In this document: positions 52,558 through 61,225 of the stretch, piece by piece | Numbering within the stretch: the stretch's first letter is position 1 | How the letters are laid out: every line of letters starts with the position of its first letter | Assembly (NCBI GenBank): GCA_049521175.1 | Contig: JBEKPB010000012.1 | Span: 3,929 to 67,928, forward strand | From: Candidatus Limnocylindrales bacterium | Lineage (GTDB): Bacteria; Chloroflexota; Limnocylindria; Limnocylindrales; CSP1-4 | Direction: 5' to 3' | Length of the DNA stretch: 64,000 bases | Program-made: the position numbers and the translations under genes | Notes under the pieces: model-generated | Databases searched by the model: none | The model's input: the letters and a program-made list of their open reading frames with translations, nothing else | What the model was told of the DNA's origin: nothing

Positions 52558-53141
52558 TGCAGCGCCTCCACGGCATGGTCCGGGTTGGCTCCACCCGGGA
52601 CTTCGGGCGGTCCGCTTTCATCCCCGCCGGTGGCCTCCCAGGCCGCGTCGAGGTTCACGCCGTCGACGTCGACGATGTCTCCCGCGGGCCAGTCGAGCGG
52701 CCCGAGCGCTCGTACCTCCTCGGTCACGCGAGCGATCTCGCCGGCCAGTCGCACCCCCTCCGCGGCGCTCGCCCAGACCAGCTGCAGGCGCTCAGGTTCT
52801 ATGCCGAGAGCCTCGATAGTCCGCTGCAGCAGCCGGAACCGCCGCAGGGCCTTGTAGTTCTGCTCGATGTAGTGGCATTCGCCGGGGTGGCAGCCGCTGA
52901 CCATCACCGCGTCGGCGCCCTCCGCGAAGGCCTTGAGGACGAAGGTCGGATCGAGGCGACCCGAGCACATCAGCCTGATGAGCCGGACGTTGGGCGGGTA
53001 CTTGGTGCGAGCCGTGCCGGCCAGGTCCGCTGCCCGGTAGCTGCACCAGTTGCAGGTGAAGCCGATGATCACCGGCTCGAAGGTCGTGGCCGTTGCCGCG
53101 CCTTCGACTGGAACGGGTGCGACGGGTGCCTGCGTGCTCAT
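52554..53141 (-). CDS. mvhD: [2Fe-2S] subunit MvhD
   Basis: FTCNWCSY, LMCSGR, GCHPGECHY and WASAAEG. Confidence 0.95.
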   Translation of the reverse strand: MSTQAPVAPVPVEGAATATTFEPVIIGFTCNWCSYRAADLAGTARTKYPPNVRLIRLMCSGRLDPTFVLKAFAEGADAVMVSGCHPGECHYIEQNYKALRRFRLLQRTIEALGIEPERLQLVWASAAEGVRLAGEIARVTEEVRALGPLDWPAGDIVDVDGVNLDAAWEATGGDESGPPEVPGGANPDHAVEALQ

Positions 53142-55222
53142 GCTCGCACCGCCTCCTCGATCGTCTCGTGGTGAGCCACCGGGTAGGACGACCGCTTGAG
53201 CGGCTCCCCGTCCGCTCCGACTCTGAGCAGACCCTCGATCTGGGCCAGGACCTGCTCATCGGTGAAGCCGGTGCCGGTGATGGCGTCGGCCGGGCAAGCG
53301 GCCACACACGTTCCGCAGCCCTGGCACATCGCGGCGTTGATGCTCGAGACCGCTTTGGCGGAGTCGAAGGTGATGGCGTTGTAGGGGCACAGGGCGTTGC
53401 AGATCCGGCAACCGGAACAACTCTCGGCGTCGATCGTGGCCTTGATCGGCTCGAGGTTCATCTGCTTCTGCTGAATGCGGCCAAGGACGCGAGCGGCGGC
53501 CGCGGCGCCCTGCGAGACCGACGCCGGGATGTCCTTGGGGCCGCTCACGCAGCCGGCGATGAAGACGCCTTCGGTCATGGTCGCGACCGGATCGAGCTTC
53601 GGATGCTTCTCGATGGCCCAGCCGTCGAAGCTGCACGAGATGCCGAAACGGACGGCCATCTCCTTGGCGTCCGCGCGGGGCTGGAGGCCAACCGAAAGCA
53701 CGACCATGTCGACCGGGATGCGGCGCTGGCGGCCGGTCAGCGTGTCTTCGACCTGGACGATGAGCTTGCCCTCTTCGCCGGGCAGCCGCCCGGCTTCGGT
53801 CACCTCGGCCGGCTTGCCGCGGACGAAGAGCGTGCCCTCTTCGAGCACGCGCTGGTAGAACTCGTCGTAGCCCTTGGCCGCGGTCCGCATGTCGATGTAG
53901 AAGTCGTAGACCGTGGCGCCGGTATGCTCCTTCACCAGGTGGGCGAACTTGAGGCTCTGCATACAGCAGATCGCAGAGCAGTAGTTGTTGAAATTGCGGT
54001 CGCGACTGCCGACGCAGTGGATGATGCCGACCGTCTTGGGCTCGGTCACGCCGTCGCGGAGGACGACCCGGCCGTTAGTGGGGCCGGCCGAGTTGGAGAG
54101 CCGCTCGAACTCGAGGCTGGTGAACACGTTCGGCAGACGGCCGTAACCGTACTGGGCGATCTGGCGGGCGTCGAAGATGTCGTACCCGGTGGCAAGGATG
54201 ATGTTGCCGACCTTGATGGTGATCTCTTCGTCCTGCTGATCGAAGCGGATGGCGTCCTTCTCGCAGAACTTCTCGCAGGCCTTGCAGGTCCCCTTCTCGA
54301 AGTAGGTGCAGTTCTCACGGTCGATGACCGGGATCCGCGGCACGGCCTGGTCGAACGGCGTGTAGATGGCCTTGCGGTACCCGAGTCCGGCCTCGTAAAC
54401 CTCGTCGATTACGTTCTTCGGGCACTTCTCCTGGCAGATGCCGCAGCCCGTGCACAGCGACTCGTCGACGTAACGGGCCTTCTTGCGGATCGTCGCGGTG
54501 AAGTTCCCGACGAAGCCATCCACGTGCGTCACCTCGCTCCAGGTGAGCAGCGTGACGTTCGGATGGGTGCCGGCGGAGACCATACGCGGTGTCAGGATGC
54601 AGGCCGCGCAGTCGAGGGTCGGGAAGGTCTTGTCGAATTGGGCCATGTGGCCGCCGATGGAGGCGTCCTTCTCGACCAGATAGACGGGGAAGCCGGCGTC
54701 GGCGATCTCGAGCGTCGCCTGGATGCCGGCGATGCCGCCACCCACGACCAGCGTCGCGGGGTTGATGTCGACAGTGATGGGCTCGAGCGGCGTATTGCGC
54801 CGGACCCGTTCCACACCGCCGGCCAGGATAGCCTTGGCCTTGGCCGTGGCGGCGGCCTTGTCCGTGTGAACCCAGGAGTCCTGCTCGCGGATCGAGACCA
54901 GCTCGCACAGGTACGGGTTGAGCCCGCCCCGAGCCGTGGCGGTGCGGAACGTGTTCTCGTGGAGATGGGGCGAGCACGCCGCCACGACGATGCGGTTCAG
55001 CCCGAGGTTGACGATGTCGTCTGTGACCAGCTCCTGGCCGGGGCTCGAGCACATGAACCTGTAGTCGCGGGCGATCACGACGCCCTGGTCCTTGAGCTCC
55101 TCGGCCGCCCAGCGGGCGACCTCGGGTACGTCGACCGTGCCGGCGATGTTGCTGCCGCAGTGGCAGACGTAGACGCCGATGCGGATCTCGCCCTCGGCCG
55201 GCTGGTGGCCGTTGCCGCTCAT
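53138..55222 (-). CDS. hdrA: Heterodisulfide reductase subunit A (flavin-based bifurcating subunit)
   Basis: CHCGSNIA, ACSP, GGGIAG, KTFPTLDCAAC, HCVGSR, CSAICC, GPKDIP and ferredoxin motifs. Confidence 0.95.
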   Translation of the reverse strand: MSGNGHQPAEGEIRIGVYVCHCGSNIAGTVDVPEVARWAAEELKDQGVVIARDYRFMCSSPGQELVTDDIVNLGLNRIVVAACSPHLHENTFRTATARGGLNPYLCELVSIREQDSWVHTDKAAATAKAKAILAGGVERVRRNTPLEPITVDINPATLVVGGGIAGIQATLEIADAGFPVYLVEKDASIGGHMAQFDKTFPTLDCAACILTPRMVSAGTHPNVTLLTWSEVTHVDGFVGNFTATIRKKARYVDESLCTGCGICQEKCPKNVIDEVYEAGLGYRKAIYTPFDQAVPRIPVIDRENCTYFEKGTCKACEKFCEKDAIRFDQQDEEITIKVGNIILATGYDIFDARQIAQYGYGRLPNVFTSLEFERLSNSAGPTNGRVVLRDGVTEPKTVGIIHCVGSRDRNFNNYCSAICCMQSLKFAHLVKEHTGATVYDFYIDMRTAAKGYDEFYQRVLEEGTLFVRGKPAEVTEAGRLPGEEGKLIVQVEDTLTGRQRRIPVDMVVLSVGLQPRADAKEMAVRFGISCSFDGWAIEKHPKLDPVATMTEGVFIAGCVSGPKDIPASVSQGAAAAARVLGRIQQKQMNLEPIKATIDAESCSGCRICNALCPYNAITFDSAKAVSSINAAMCQGCGTCVAACPADAITGTGFTDEQVLAQIEGLLRVGADGEPLKRSSYPVAHHETIEEAVRA

Positions 55223-56214
55223 CGTCGAACCTCGTCGCTATCGGTCATGCGCGGCATGGGCAAGGCCCGCTTGTCCGGTCGTGGCCTGCGGACGGGTCCC
55301 GCCTCGACGGCTACCGGCTCAGGCTGCCTGCCGATCTTCTTGAGAGCAGGGCGAGCGTCAGTCAGTTCGCGCCCGATGCCCATCTTCTTTGGGTCGAGCC
55401 CAAACGCCACGCCCATCAGCTGGGTGAAGAAGACGATCGGCATCCTGTGCTTCGTATGGAACAGGGCGTTCATCTCGCCCTGGTACGCGTCGATGTTGAT
55501 CTGGCACATCGGGCAGACCGTGACCATCATGTCGGCCAGGTGGTGCTCGGCCTCGTCGACCAGGCGCTTGATGAGCTCGAGGCCCACCTTCGGCGCGATC
55601 TGGGTCATGTGGCCGCCGCAGCATTCGGTCTTGAGCGGGAAGTCCACCACGTCGGCGCCGAGCGCCGCGAGCAACCGGTCGAGGTCATCCGGACGTTCGT
55701 GGTTCTTCCAGCGGTGGTCCGGGTCGGGGCGGGGGAGCATGCAGCCCAGGTACGGCGCCACTCGAAGGCCGGCTAGCGGCTTGACCACATTGGCCTTGAC
55801 CGCGTCAAGACCGACGTCGTTCATGATCACTTCGAGGAGATGGCGGATCTCGACCGAACCCGGGTCGTAGTGGAGGCCGCCGGCGTCGAGGGCGACGTTG
55901 ACGCGGTCGTTGAGGAGCGGCCGCTCCTTCATGTACGCGTCCGCTTTGGCGAGGTTGAGGTAGCAGGCGCTGCAGGCGGCGACGAGCGGCTCGTGGTCCG
56001 ACTTGGACTTCGAGGCGATCGCCAGGTTGCGGGCGATGAGCGCGTAGGCCGGGCTCAGGCTTACGCCGACGTACTCTGTCGCTCCGCAGCAGTTCCAGTC
56101 CTCGAGCTCGGCGAGCGTGAGGCCGAGCTTGTCGCAGACGGCGGTCAACGACTCGCCGTACGCGCGCCCGCTGCCGTCCATAGAACAGCCGGGATAGTAG
56201 AGGTAGCGGCTCAC
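55219..56214 (-). CDS. hdrB: Heterodisulfide reductase subunit B
   Basis: Two CCG domains: YPGC..WNCCG..CSAC and YLGC..ECCGG..CPMCQ. Confidence 0.93.
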   Translation of the reverse strand: MSRYLYYPGCSMDGSGRAYGESLTAVCDKLGLTLAELEDWNCCGATEYVGVSLSPAYALIARNLAIASKSKSDHEPLVAACSACYLNLAKADAYMKERPLLNDRVNVALDAGGLHYDPGSVEIRHLLEVIMNDVGLDAVKANVVKPLAGLRVAPYLGCMLPRPDPDHRWKNHERPDDLDRLLAALGADVVDFPLKTECCGGHMTQIAPKVGLELIKRLVDEAEHHLADMMVTVCPMCQINIDAYQGEMNALFHTKHRMPIVFFTQLMGVAFGLDPKKMGIGRELTDARPALKKIGRQPEPVAVEAGPVRRPRPDKRALPMPRMTDSDEVRR

Positions 56215-56798
56215 GACACCCGCTCCAGCTCTTCCGCCCGACGCAAGATCGCGTGGAGCTGCTGCCGATCCTTGATCCGGCGTGGAAGGATGCCGATGCG
56301 GCCGCGGAAGAAGAGGCGGGCGGCCATGGGCGCCATCCGCGGCAGCCGCAGGATGAAGTGGCGCAGGTAGTGTCGCGCGGTCAGACCCAGCTCCCAGCTG
56401 CGCCCGAACGTCTCCACCTGGCCGACGAACACGCGAGCGAAGCCCGGCGGGGTGCTGTCGCGGTAGGACTTCCGCTGCTCGGCCATGCCCTTGAGCGTGT
56501 ACATGACGTCGGCGATGTGGACGCCCTGGGGGCACCGGACGACGCAGTGGTAGCACGACACGCACATCCACGGCGTGTTGCTGCGCAGCGCTTCGTCCTC
56601 CATCCCTGCCCGGATCATCGCGAAGAGCATCCGCGGGGTGTGGTCCATGTCGTCGGCGGACGGGCATGACCCTCCGCACGTGCCGCACTGGATGCACATC
56701 TCGAGACGGGAGACGCCCGCCGTCTTCGCGCTGACCTCTTCGAGGAAGCGGACGCCCGAATCGGCTGCCAGAGGAGGTGAGACCTGAGCCACGACCAT
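56211..56798 (-). CDS. hdrC: Heterodisulfide reductase subunit C
   Basis: CIQCGTCGGSCP and WMCVSCYHCVVRCP. Confidence 0.93.
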   Translation of the reverse strand: MVVAQVSPPLAADSGVRFLEEVSAKTAGVSRLEMCIQCGTCGGSCPSADDMDHTPRMLFAMIRAGMEDEALRSNTPWMCVSCYHCVVRCPQGVHIADVMYTLKGMAEQRKSYRDSTPPGFARVFVGQVETFGRSWELGLTARHYLRHFILRLPRMAPMAARLFFRGRIGILPRRIKDRQQLHAILRRAEELERVS

Positions 56799-57212
56799 CC
56801 AATCGCCCCTTTGGCCTGCCCGGATTCGCTTCGTCGATCCGTTCCGCGCCGGTTCCGTACCTGGACCGGCGTTCGCGCCGCCTCGTGGGCGGGCGTCCGG
56901 TCAGCGGGACCGGTCGGCTTGGATCGCTGTGGGCTCAGCCGGGATTCCGAATATGTGAAGCGGGACGTCGCGCCCTCTTCGGTGGCGGGCCGCGCCGGCG
57001 CCAGCGGCAACAACTCCGACGCCGACCTGATGGGGCCGCAAGAGGCGGCCGACCTGTACGTTGCCTTGAATGGATTCTCGGAGGCTGTCCCGCCTGCCGA
57101 TAGGGCCGCATGACCCGGCCCCCCAGGGGCCAACCCGCCCGCGTTTTTGGGCTCGAAATCATCTCCTCGCAAGTCGGTGATTCGGGTTGGTTCGGCGACT
57201 CAACGGGGACAC

Positions 57213-58661
57213 CTACGAACAGAACGCCCTGACCGCCTCGAACAGGATGGGGGCACCCCAACGCAGCGCGTCGAGGCTCACCCGCTCGTCGTCGCCGTGC
57301 ATCAGTTCGAGGAGGCCGTCGTCGGGACCTGTTCTCAGCGGCGAGAAGCCGTACGTCGGGACGCCTATCCGGGCCAGGTGTTTCGCGTCGGTGGCGAACG
57401 GCGCCAGGAACGGCAGAGGCACGCCCCGCGGATCGTGCTTCGCGAGGACGCCCTCGATTGTCCGATACAGCTGGTTGTCGCGCGGGGCCTGGACCGCGGG
57501 GCCGATCTGCTCGCATTCGACTTCCATGCGATCCCAGAGCTCGTCGCCGACACGCTGCCGCAGCTCCTCGCGCATGGCCGGCTCGTCCGTGCCGGGCAGG
57601 GTTCGGCAGTCCAGCTCGATCTCGGCCGTGCCGGGAATGACGTTGTACTTGACGCCGGCACGAACGATCCCGACCGAGATCGTGTCGTGGATCATCGCCG
57701 AGGCGGTTCGAGCGAGAACGGGGTCGCAGAGCTCCCGGAGCGCGCCCTCGACTCGGGCGGGGTCCGAAGCGGCGCGCGAGGTCCCGTTGCCCGCCGCCGG
57801 CCCGGTGGCCGCGACCGGTGCCAGCGCCCGGATCGCCGCCGCCGCGCGGGCCGTCAGGTGGGGGATTGCCCGCGTCAGCGAGGCGAGCAGCGGCTCCGTC
57901 AAACGCACCGGCCCGGGTTCGGCCAGCCGGGCGATGATCCTGGCGGCAAGGACCGCGGCGTTGTCCGGCGTCGGCACCGAGCCATGTCCCCAGCGACCCT
58001 TGACCCGAATCTTGTAGACGACGAAACCCTTCTCGGCGACCTGGATCGGGTAGAAGCGGACGCCGCCGTACGTGGTCGACATCCCGCCTGCCTCGTTGAG
58101 CGCGCCTGCGGCCCGGAGCCATTCCGGGTGGTTGTCGACGATCCAGCTCGCGCCCTGCCAGCCGCCCGCCTCCTCGTCGGCGGTCGAACAGAAGATGACG
58201 TCGCGCCGGAGTCCGGGGATGGGATCACGGGCGGGGTCGCGGCCGGCGGCGCGCCCGGCACGGGCGAGGCGGCGCATGACCTGGACCTCCATCGCCACCA
58301 TCGACTTCATATCGACGGCGCCGCGCCCCCAGACGTAGCCGTCCGCCAGATCGCCGCCGAACGGGTCATGGGTCCAACCGGCCGAATCGGCCGGCACCAC
58401 GTCAAGGTGCGACATGAGCAGCAGCGGCTCGCCGCCGGTGCCGTCGCCGTGGAGCCTGGCCACGATCGAGCCCCGGCCGGGGAACGGCTCCACCACCATC
58501 GACGGGATGCCCTCGTCCGCGAGGGTTCTCTCCAGGTAGCGAGCGGCCAGGATCTCGTCGCCGGGCGGGTTGACACTCTTGATTCGAATCAGCGACCGGA
58601 GCAGCTCGACTAGCTCCGATAGCTCGGCGTCGGAAAGCTCGAGATCTGGCTCGCTGCTCAT
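57213..58661 (-). CDS. M20/M25/M40 family metallohydrolase (ArgE/DapE-like)
   Basis: SHLDVVP, GRGAVDMK, DEEAGG, GHGS, ATDAK and HGDDER. Confidence 0.92.
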   Translation of the reverse strand: MSSEPDLELSDAELSELVELLRSLIRIKSVNPPGDEILAARYLERTLADEGIPSMVVEPFPGRGSIVARLHGDGTGGEPLLLMSHLDVVPADSAGWTHDPFGGDLADGYVWGRGAVDMKSMVAMEVQVMRRLARAGRAAGRDPARDPIPGLRRDVIFCSTADEEAGGWQGASWIVDNHPEWLRAAGALNEAGGMSTTYGGVRFYPIQVAEKGFVVYKIRVKGRWGHGSVPTPDNAAVLAARIIARLAEPGPVRLTEPLLASLTRAIPHLTARAAAAIRALAPVAATGPAAGNGTSRAASDPARVEGALRELCDPVLARTASAMIHDTISVGIVRAGVKYNVIPGTAEIELDCRTLPGTDEPAMREELRQRVGDELWDRMEVECEQIGPAVQAPRDNQLYRTIEGVLAKHDPRGVPLPFLAPFATDAKHLARIGVPTYGFSPLRTGPDDGLLELMHGDDERVSLDALRWGAPILFEAVRAFCS

Positions 58662-58768
58662 CTGATGAATCAACCTCGACTCGGGATCGGGCGATACGCG
58701 ATCACTGGGGGATCACTCCTCAGGCCCCGATAAGCGGCTGTGAATTGCCAGACTCTAGCTTGCGTCGA

Positions 58769-59028
58769 ATGCCAGTGGTCAGCCGCTTCTTCGGAATCGT
58801 GATCAGGCTCCACTACGCCGACCACAACCCGCCCCATTCCACGCTACCTACCAGGGGCATACGGTGGAAGTCGACATCCGCACGCTCCGCACCAATGACG
58901 GGTCCATTCCAAGCCGAGCCATGGGGCTCGTGATGGAGTGGGCTGCCGAGCATCAGGGCGAACTGGCCGAAGATTGGCATCGAGCCTCATTCGGCGAGCC
59001 GATTCTCAGAATCCCGCCTCTTGCCTAG
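58769..59028 (+). pseudogene. DUF4160 (DhiT-like) protein with a 1-nt frameshift near 58837
   Basis: MPVVSRFFGIVIRLHYADHNPPH continues in another frame as (F)HATYQG...GLVMEWAAEHQGELAEDW...IPPLA*. Confidence 0.8.
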
Positions 59029-59033
59029 AATGC

Positions 59034-59342
59034 ATGGCGATGCTGACGATTCGAACCGCTGAGGCCCTCGACGATTACTGGTTGCGGCTGACTCTATCCG
59101 ATGGGTCGGCCATCGAACGCAACGTCCGCGACTTGCTGCTCGGGCCGGTATTCGAATGCCTGAGATCGGACTACTCCAAGTTCCGGCGTGCGCGTGCCAG
59201 GCACGGAACGGTGGAATGGCCAGGCAATCTCGACCTGGCCCCGGAAACGCTGATCTGGAACGGCCCGACGCCCAGGGGCGGTTCTCAGACGCCGCCCGCT
59301 CGGCTCGTCCTCCACCACCCGACGGCACAGCCGGCAGGCTGA
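59034..59342 (+). CDS. DUF2442 (DhiA-like) protein
   Basis: DYWLRLTLSDG...GPVFECL...GTVEWPGNLDLAPETL; directly after the DUF4160 gene. Confidence 0.85.
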   Translation: MAMLTIRTAEALDDYWLRLTLSDGSAIERNVRDLLLGPVFECLRSDYSKFRRARARHGTVEWPGNLDLAPETLIWNGPTPRGGSQTPPARLVLHHPTAQPAG

Positions 59343-59366
59343 CCGGCGAGGTCCAGCACGGGCTGT

Positions 59367-61127
59367 CTATTCGGGGACCGTCGACGCCTCCAGGCGCTCC
59401 GCCATCCGCTCGCCGGTCGTGACCGCCCCGAGGGACGCCGACGACACGAGGGCCGCGTATTTGGCCATGACGCCGCTCCTGTAGCGCGGCGCCGGAGGGG
59501 TCCAGCGGCCGCGCCGCTCGGCGAGGACCGAGGCCGGAACGTTGAGGTCCAGGGCGTGGCGGTCGACGTCGATGACGATCTCGTCGCCCTCCTCGACCAG
59601 CGCGATTGGGCCGCCCAACGCCGCCTCCGGGGCCACGTGGCCGATCATCAACCCGTGGGTGCCGCCCGAGAAGCGGCCGTCGGTGAGCAGCGCGACGTGC
59701 TCGCCCATGCCCTCGCCGACCAATGCCGCGGTGACCGACAGCATCTCCTGCATGCCGGGGCCGCCGACCGGGCCCTCGTACCGGATAACGATCACGTCGC
59801 CCGCCTTGATGCTCTGCTTGCGGACGGCGTCGTAGCAGGCGTTCTCGTTTTCGAACACGCGAGCGGGGCCTTTGTGGTAGCGGCGCTCGTGGCCGGCCAG
59901 CTTGATCACGCAACCGTCCGGGGCCAGCGTTCCGTGGAGGATCGTCAGTCCGCCGGTGGCCTTCAGCGGCGTCTCGATCGGTACGACCACCTTCTGGCCC
60001 GCCGTCTCGACGGCCGCCGCAGCCGCGCTCGCGATCGTCCCGCCGTCGACGTTCGGCGTGCTCCCGTCGATCAGGCCCTGCTTGAGCAGCTCGCGCGTGA
60101 CCAGCGAGAGACCGCCGGCTTCGAACAGGTCTGCGGCGGCGTAACGCCCGCCCGGGACCAGGTCGCCGACGATCGGCGTGCGATCGGCGATCTCGCCGAA
60201 CTCGTCGATCCCCAGGGGCAGGCCGTACTCGTGGGCGATGGCCAGCAGATGCAGGACCGCGTTGGTCGAACCGCCGGTCGCCGCGACGCAGGCGATGGCG
60301 TTCTCGATCGAGCGGCGGGTGACGAACTCCTTTGGCCGGACGTCGCGCCGGATCAGGTCCATGACGATCTCGCCGCAGCGGTAGGCGGCCTTGTCCTTGT
60401 CCGGATGCTCAGCCGGGATGCCGTTGAGCCCGGCCGGCGAGAGGCCCAGGATCTCGAGGACCATCGACATGGTGTTGGCCGTGTACTGGCCGCCGCAAGC
60501 CCCCGCGCCGGGGCAGCTCACCGACTCGATCTCGTACAGCTCTTCGGCCTTCATCTTGCCGGCCCGGTAGGCCCCGATGGCCTCGAAGATGGTAACGACC
60601 GTGGCGTCGCGCTTGCCCTTGTACGTGCCCGGATAGATCGTGCCGTTGTAGAGGATCACGCCGGGCCGGTCGAGCCGGCCGAGGGCGATCGCGGCGCCGG
60701 GGATCGTCTTGTCGCAGCCCACCAGGCAGACCACGCCGTCGAGCATGTGGCCGCGGACGCACAGCTCGATCGAATCAGCGATGACCTCACGGCTGATGAG
60801 GCTGGCCTTCATCCCCTCGGTGCCCATCGAGGTACCGTCCGACACGGAGATGGTGCTGAACTCCATCGGTGTACCGCCGGCCGCCCGGATGCCCGCCTTG
60901 ACGTGCTCCGCCAGCCGGCGCTGGTTGTAGTTGCACGGCATGGTCTCGATCCAGGTCGTGGCCACGCCGATGAGCGGCCGGGCCAGGTCCTTGTCGTCGA
61001 AGCCGATGGCCTTGAGCATGCCACGCGCCGCGGCGCGGTCGGGGCCGTCGGTCAGGGCAGCGCTGTGGCGCTTGGCCGGGTCGCTGGGCACGTCGTAGGG
61101 CAGGGGACGGGGGGCGTCGTCAGGCAT
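59367..61127 (-). CDS. ilvD: Dihydroxy-acid dehydratase
   Basis: [36 protein letters not shown] and TDGRFSG. Confidence 0.97.
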   Translation of the reverse strand: MPDDAPRPLPYDVPSDPAKRHSAALTDGPDRAAARGMLKAIGFDDKDLARPLIGVATTWIETMPCNYNQRRLAEHVKAGIRAAGGTPMEFSTISVSDGTSMGTEGMKASLISREVIADSIELCVRGHMLDGVVCLVGCDKTIPGAAIALGRLDRPGVILYNGTIYPGTYKGKRDATVVTIFEAIGAYRAGKMKAEELYEIESVSCPGAGACGGQYTANTMSMVLEILGLSPAGLNGIPAEHPDKDKAAYRCGEIVMDLIRRDVRPKEFVTRRSIENAIACVAATGGSTNAVLHLLAIAHEYGLPLGIDEFGEIADRTPIVGDLVPGGRYAAADLFEAGGLSLVTRELLKQGLIDGSTPNVDGGTIASAAAAAVETAGQKVVVPIETPLKATGGLTILHGTLAPDGCVIKLAGHERRYHKGPARVFENENACYDAVRKQSIKAGDVIVIRYEGPVGGPGMQEMLSVTAALVGEGMGEHVALLTDGRFSGGTHGLMIGHVAPEAALGGPIALVEEGDEIVIDVDRHALDLNVPASVLAERRGRWTPPAPRYRSGVMAKYAALVSSASLGAVTTGERMAERLEASTVPE

Positions 61128-61225
61128 GGTGGCTCTCTCCGCGGGGATGGGCGGTGCGCTTCCGTGACAAGTCTAGAGCGTCCGGGGTGCGCGACGGGCG
61201 ACCCTCGTGCCCGTGCCGCTACTTC

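Noticed and set aside
49978-56798. Selenocysteine in MvhA, MvhD or HdrA
   Set aside because: All relevant positions are Cys codons and the ORFs have no in-frame TGA.
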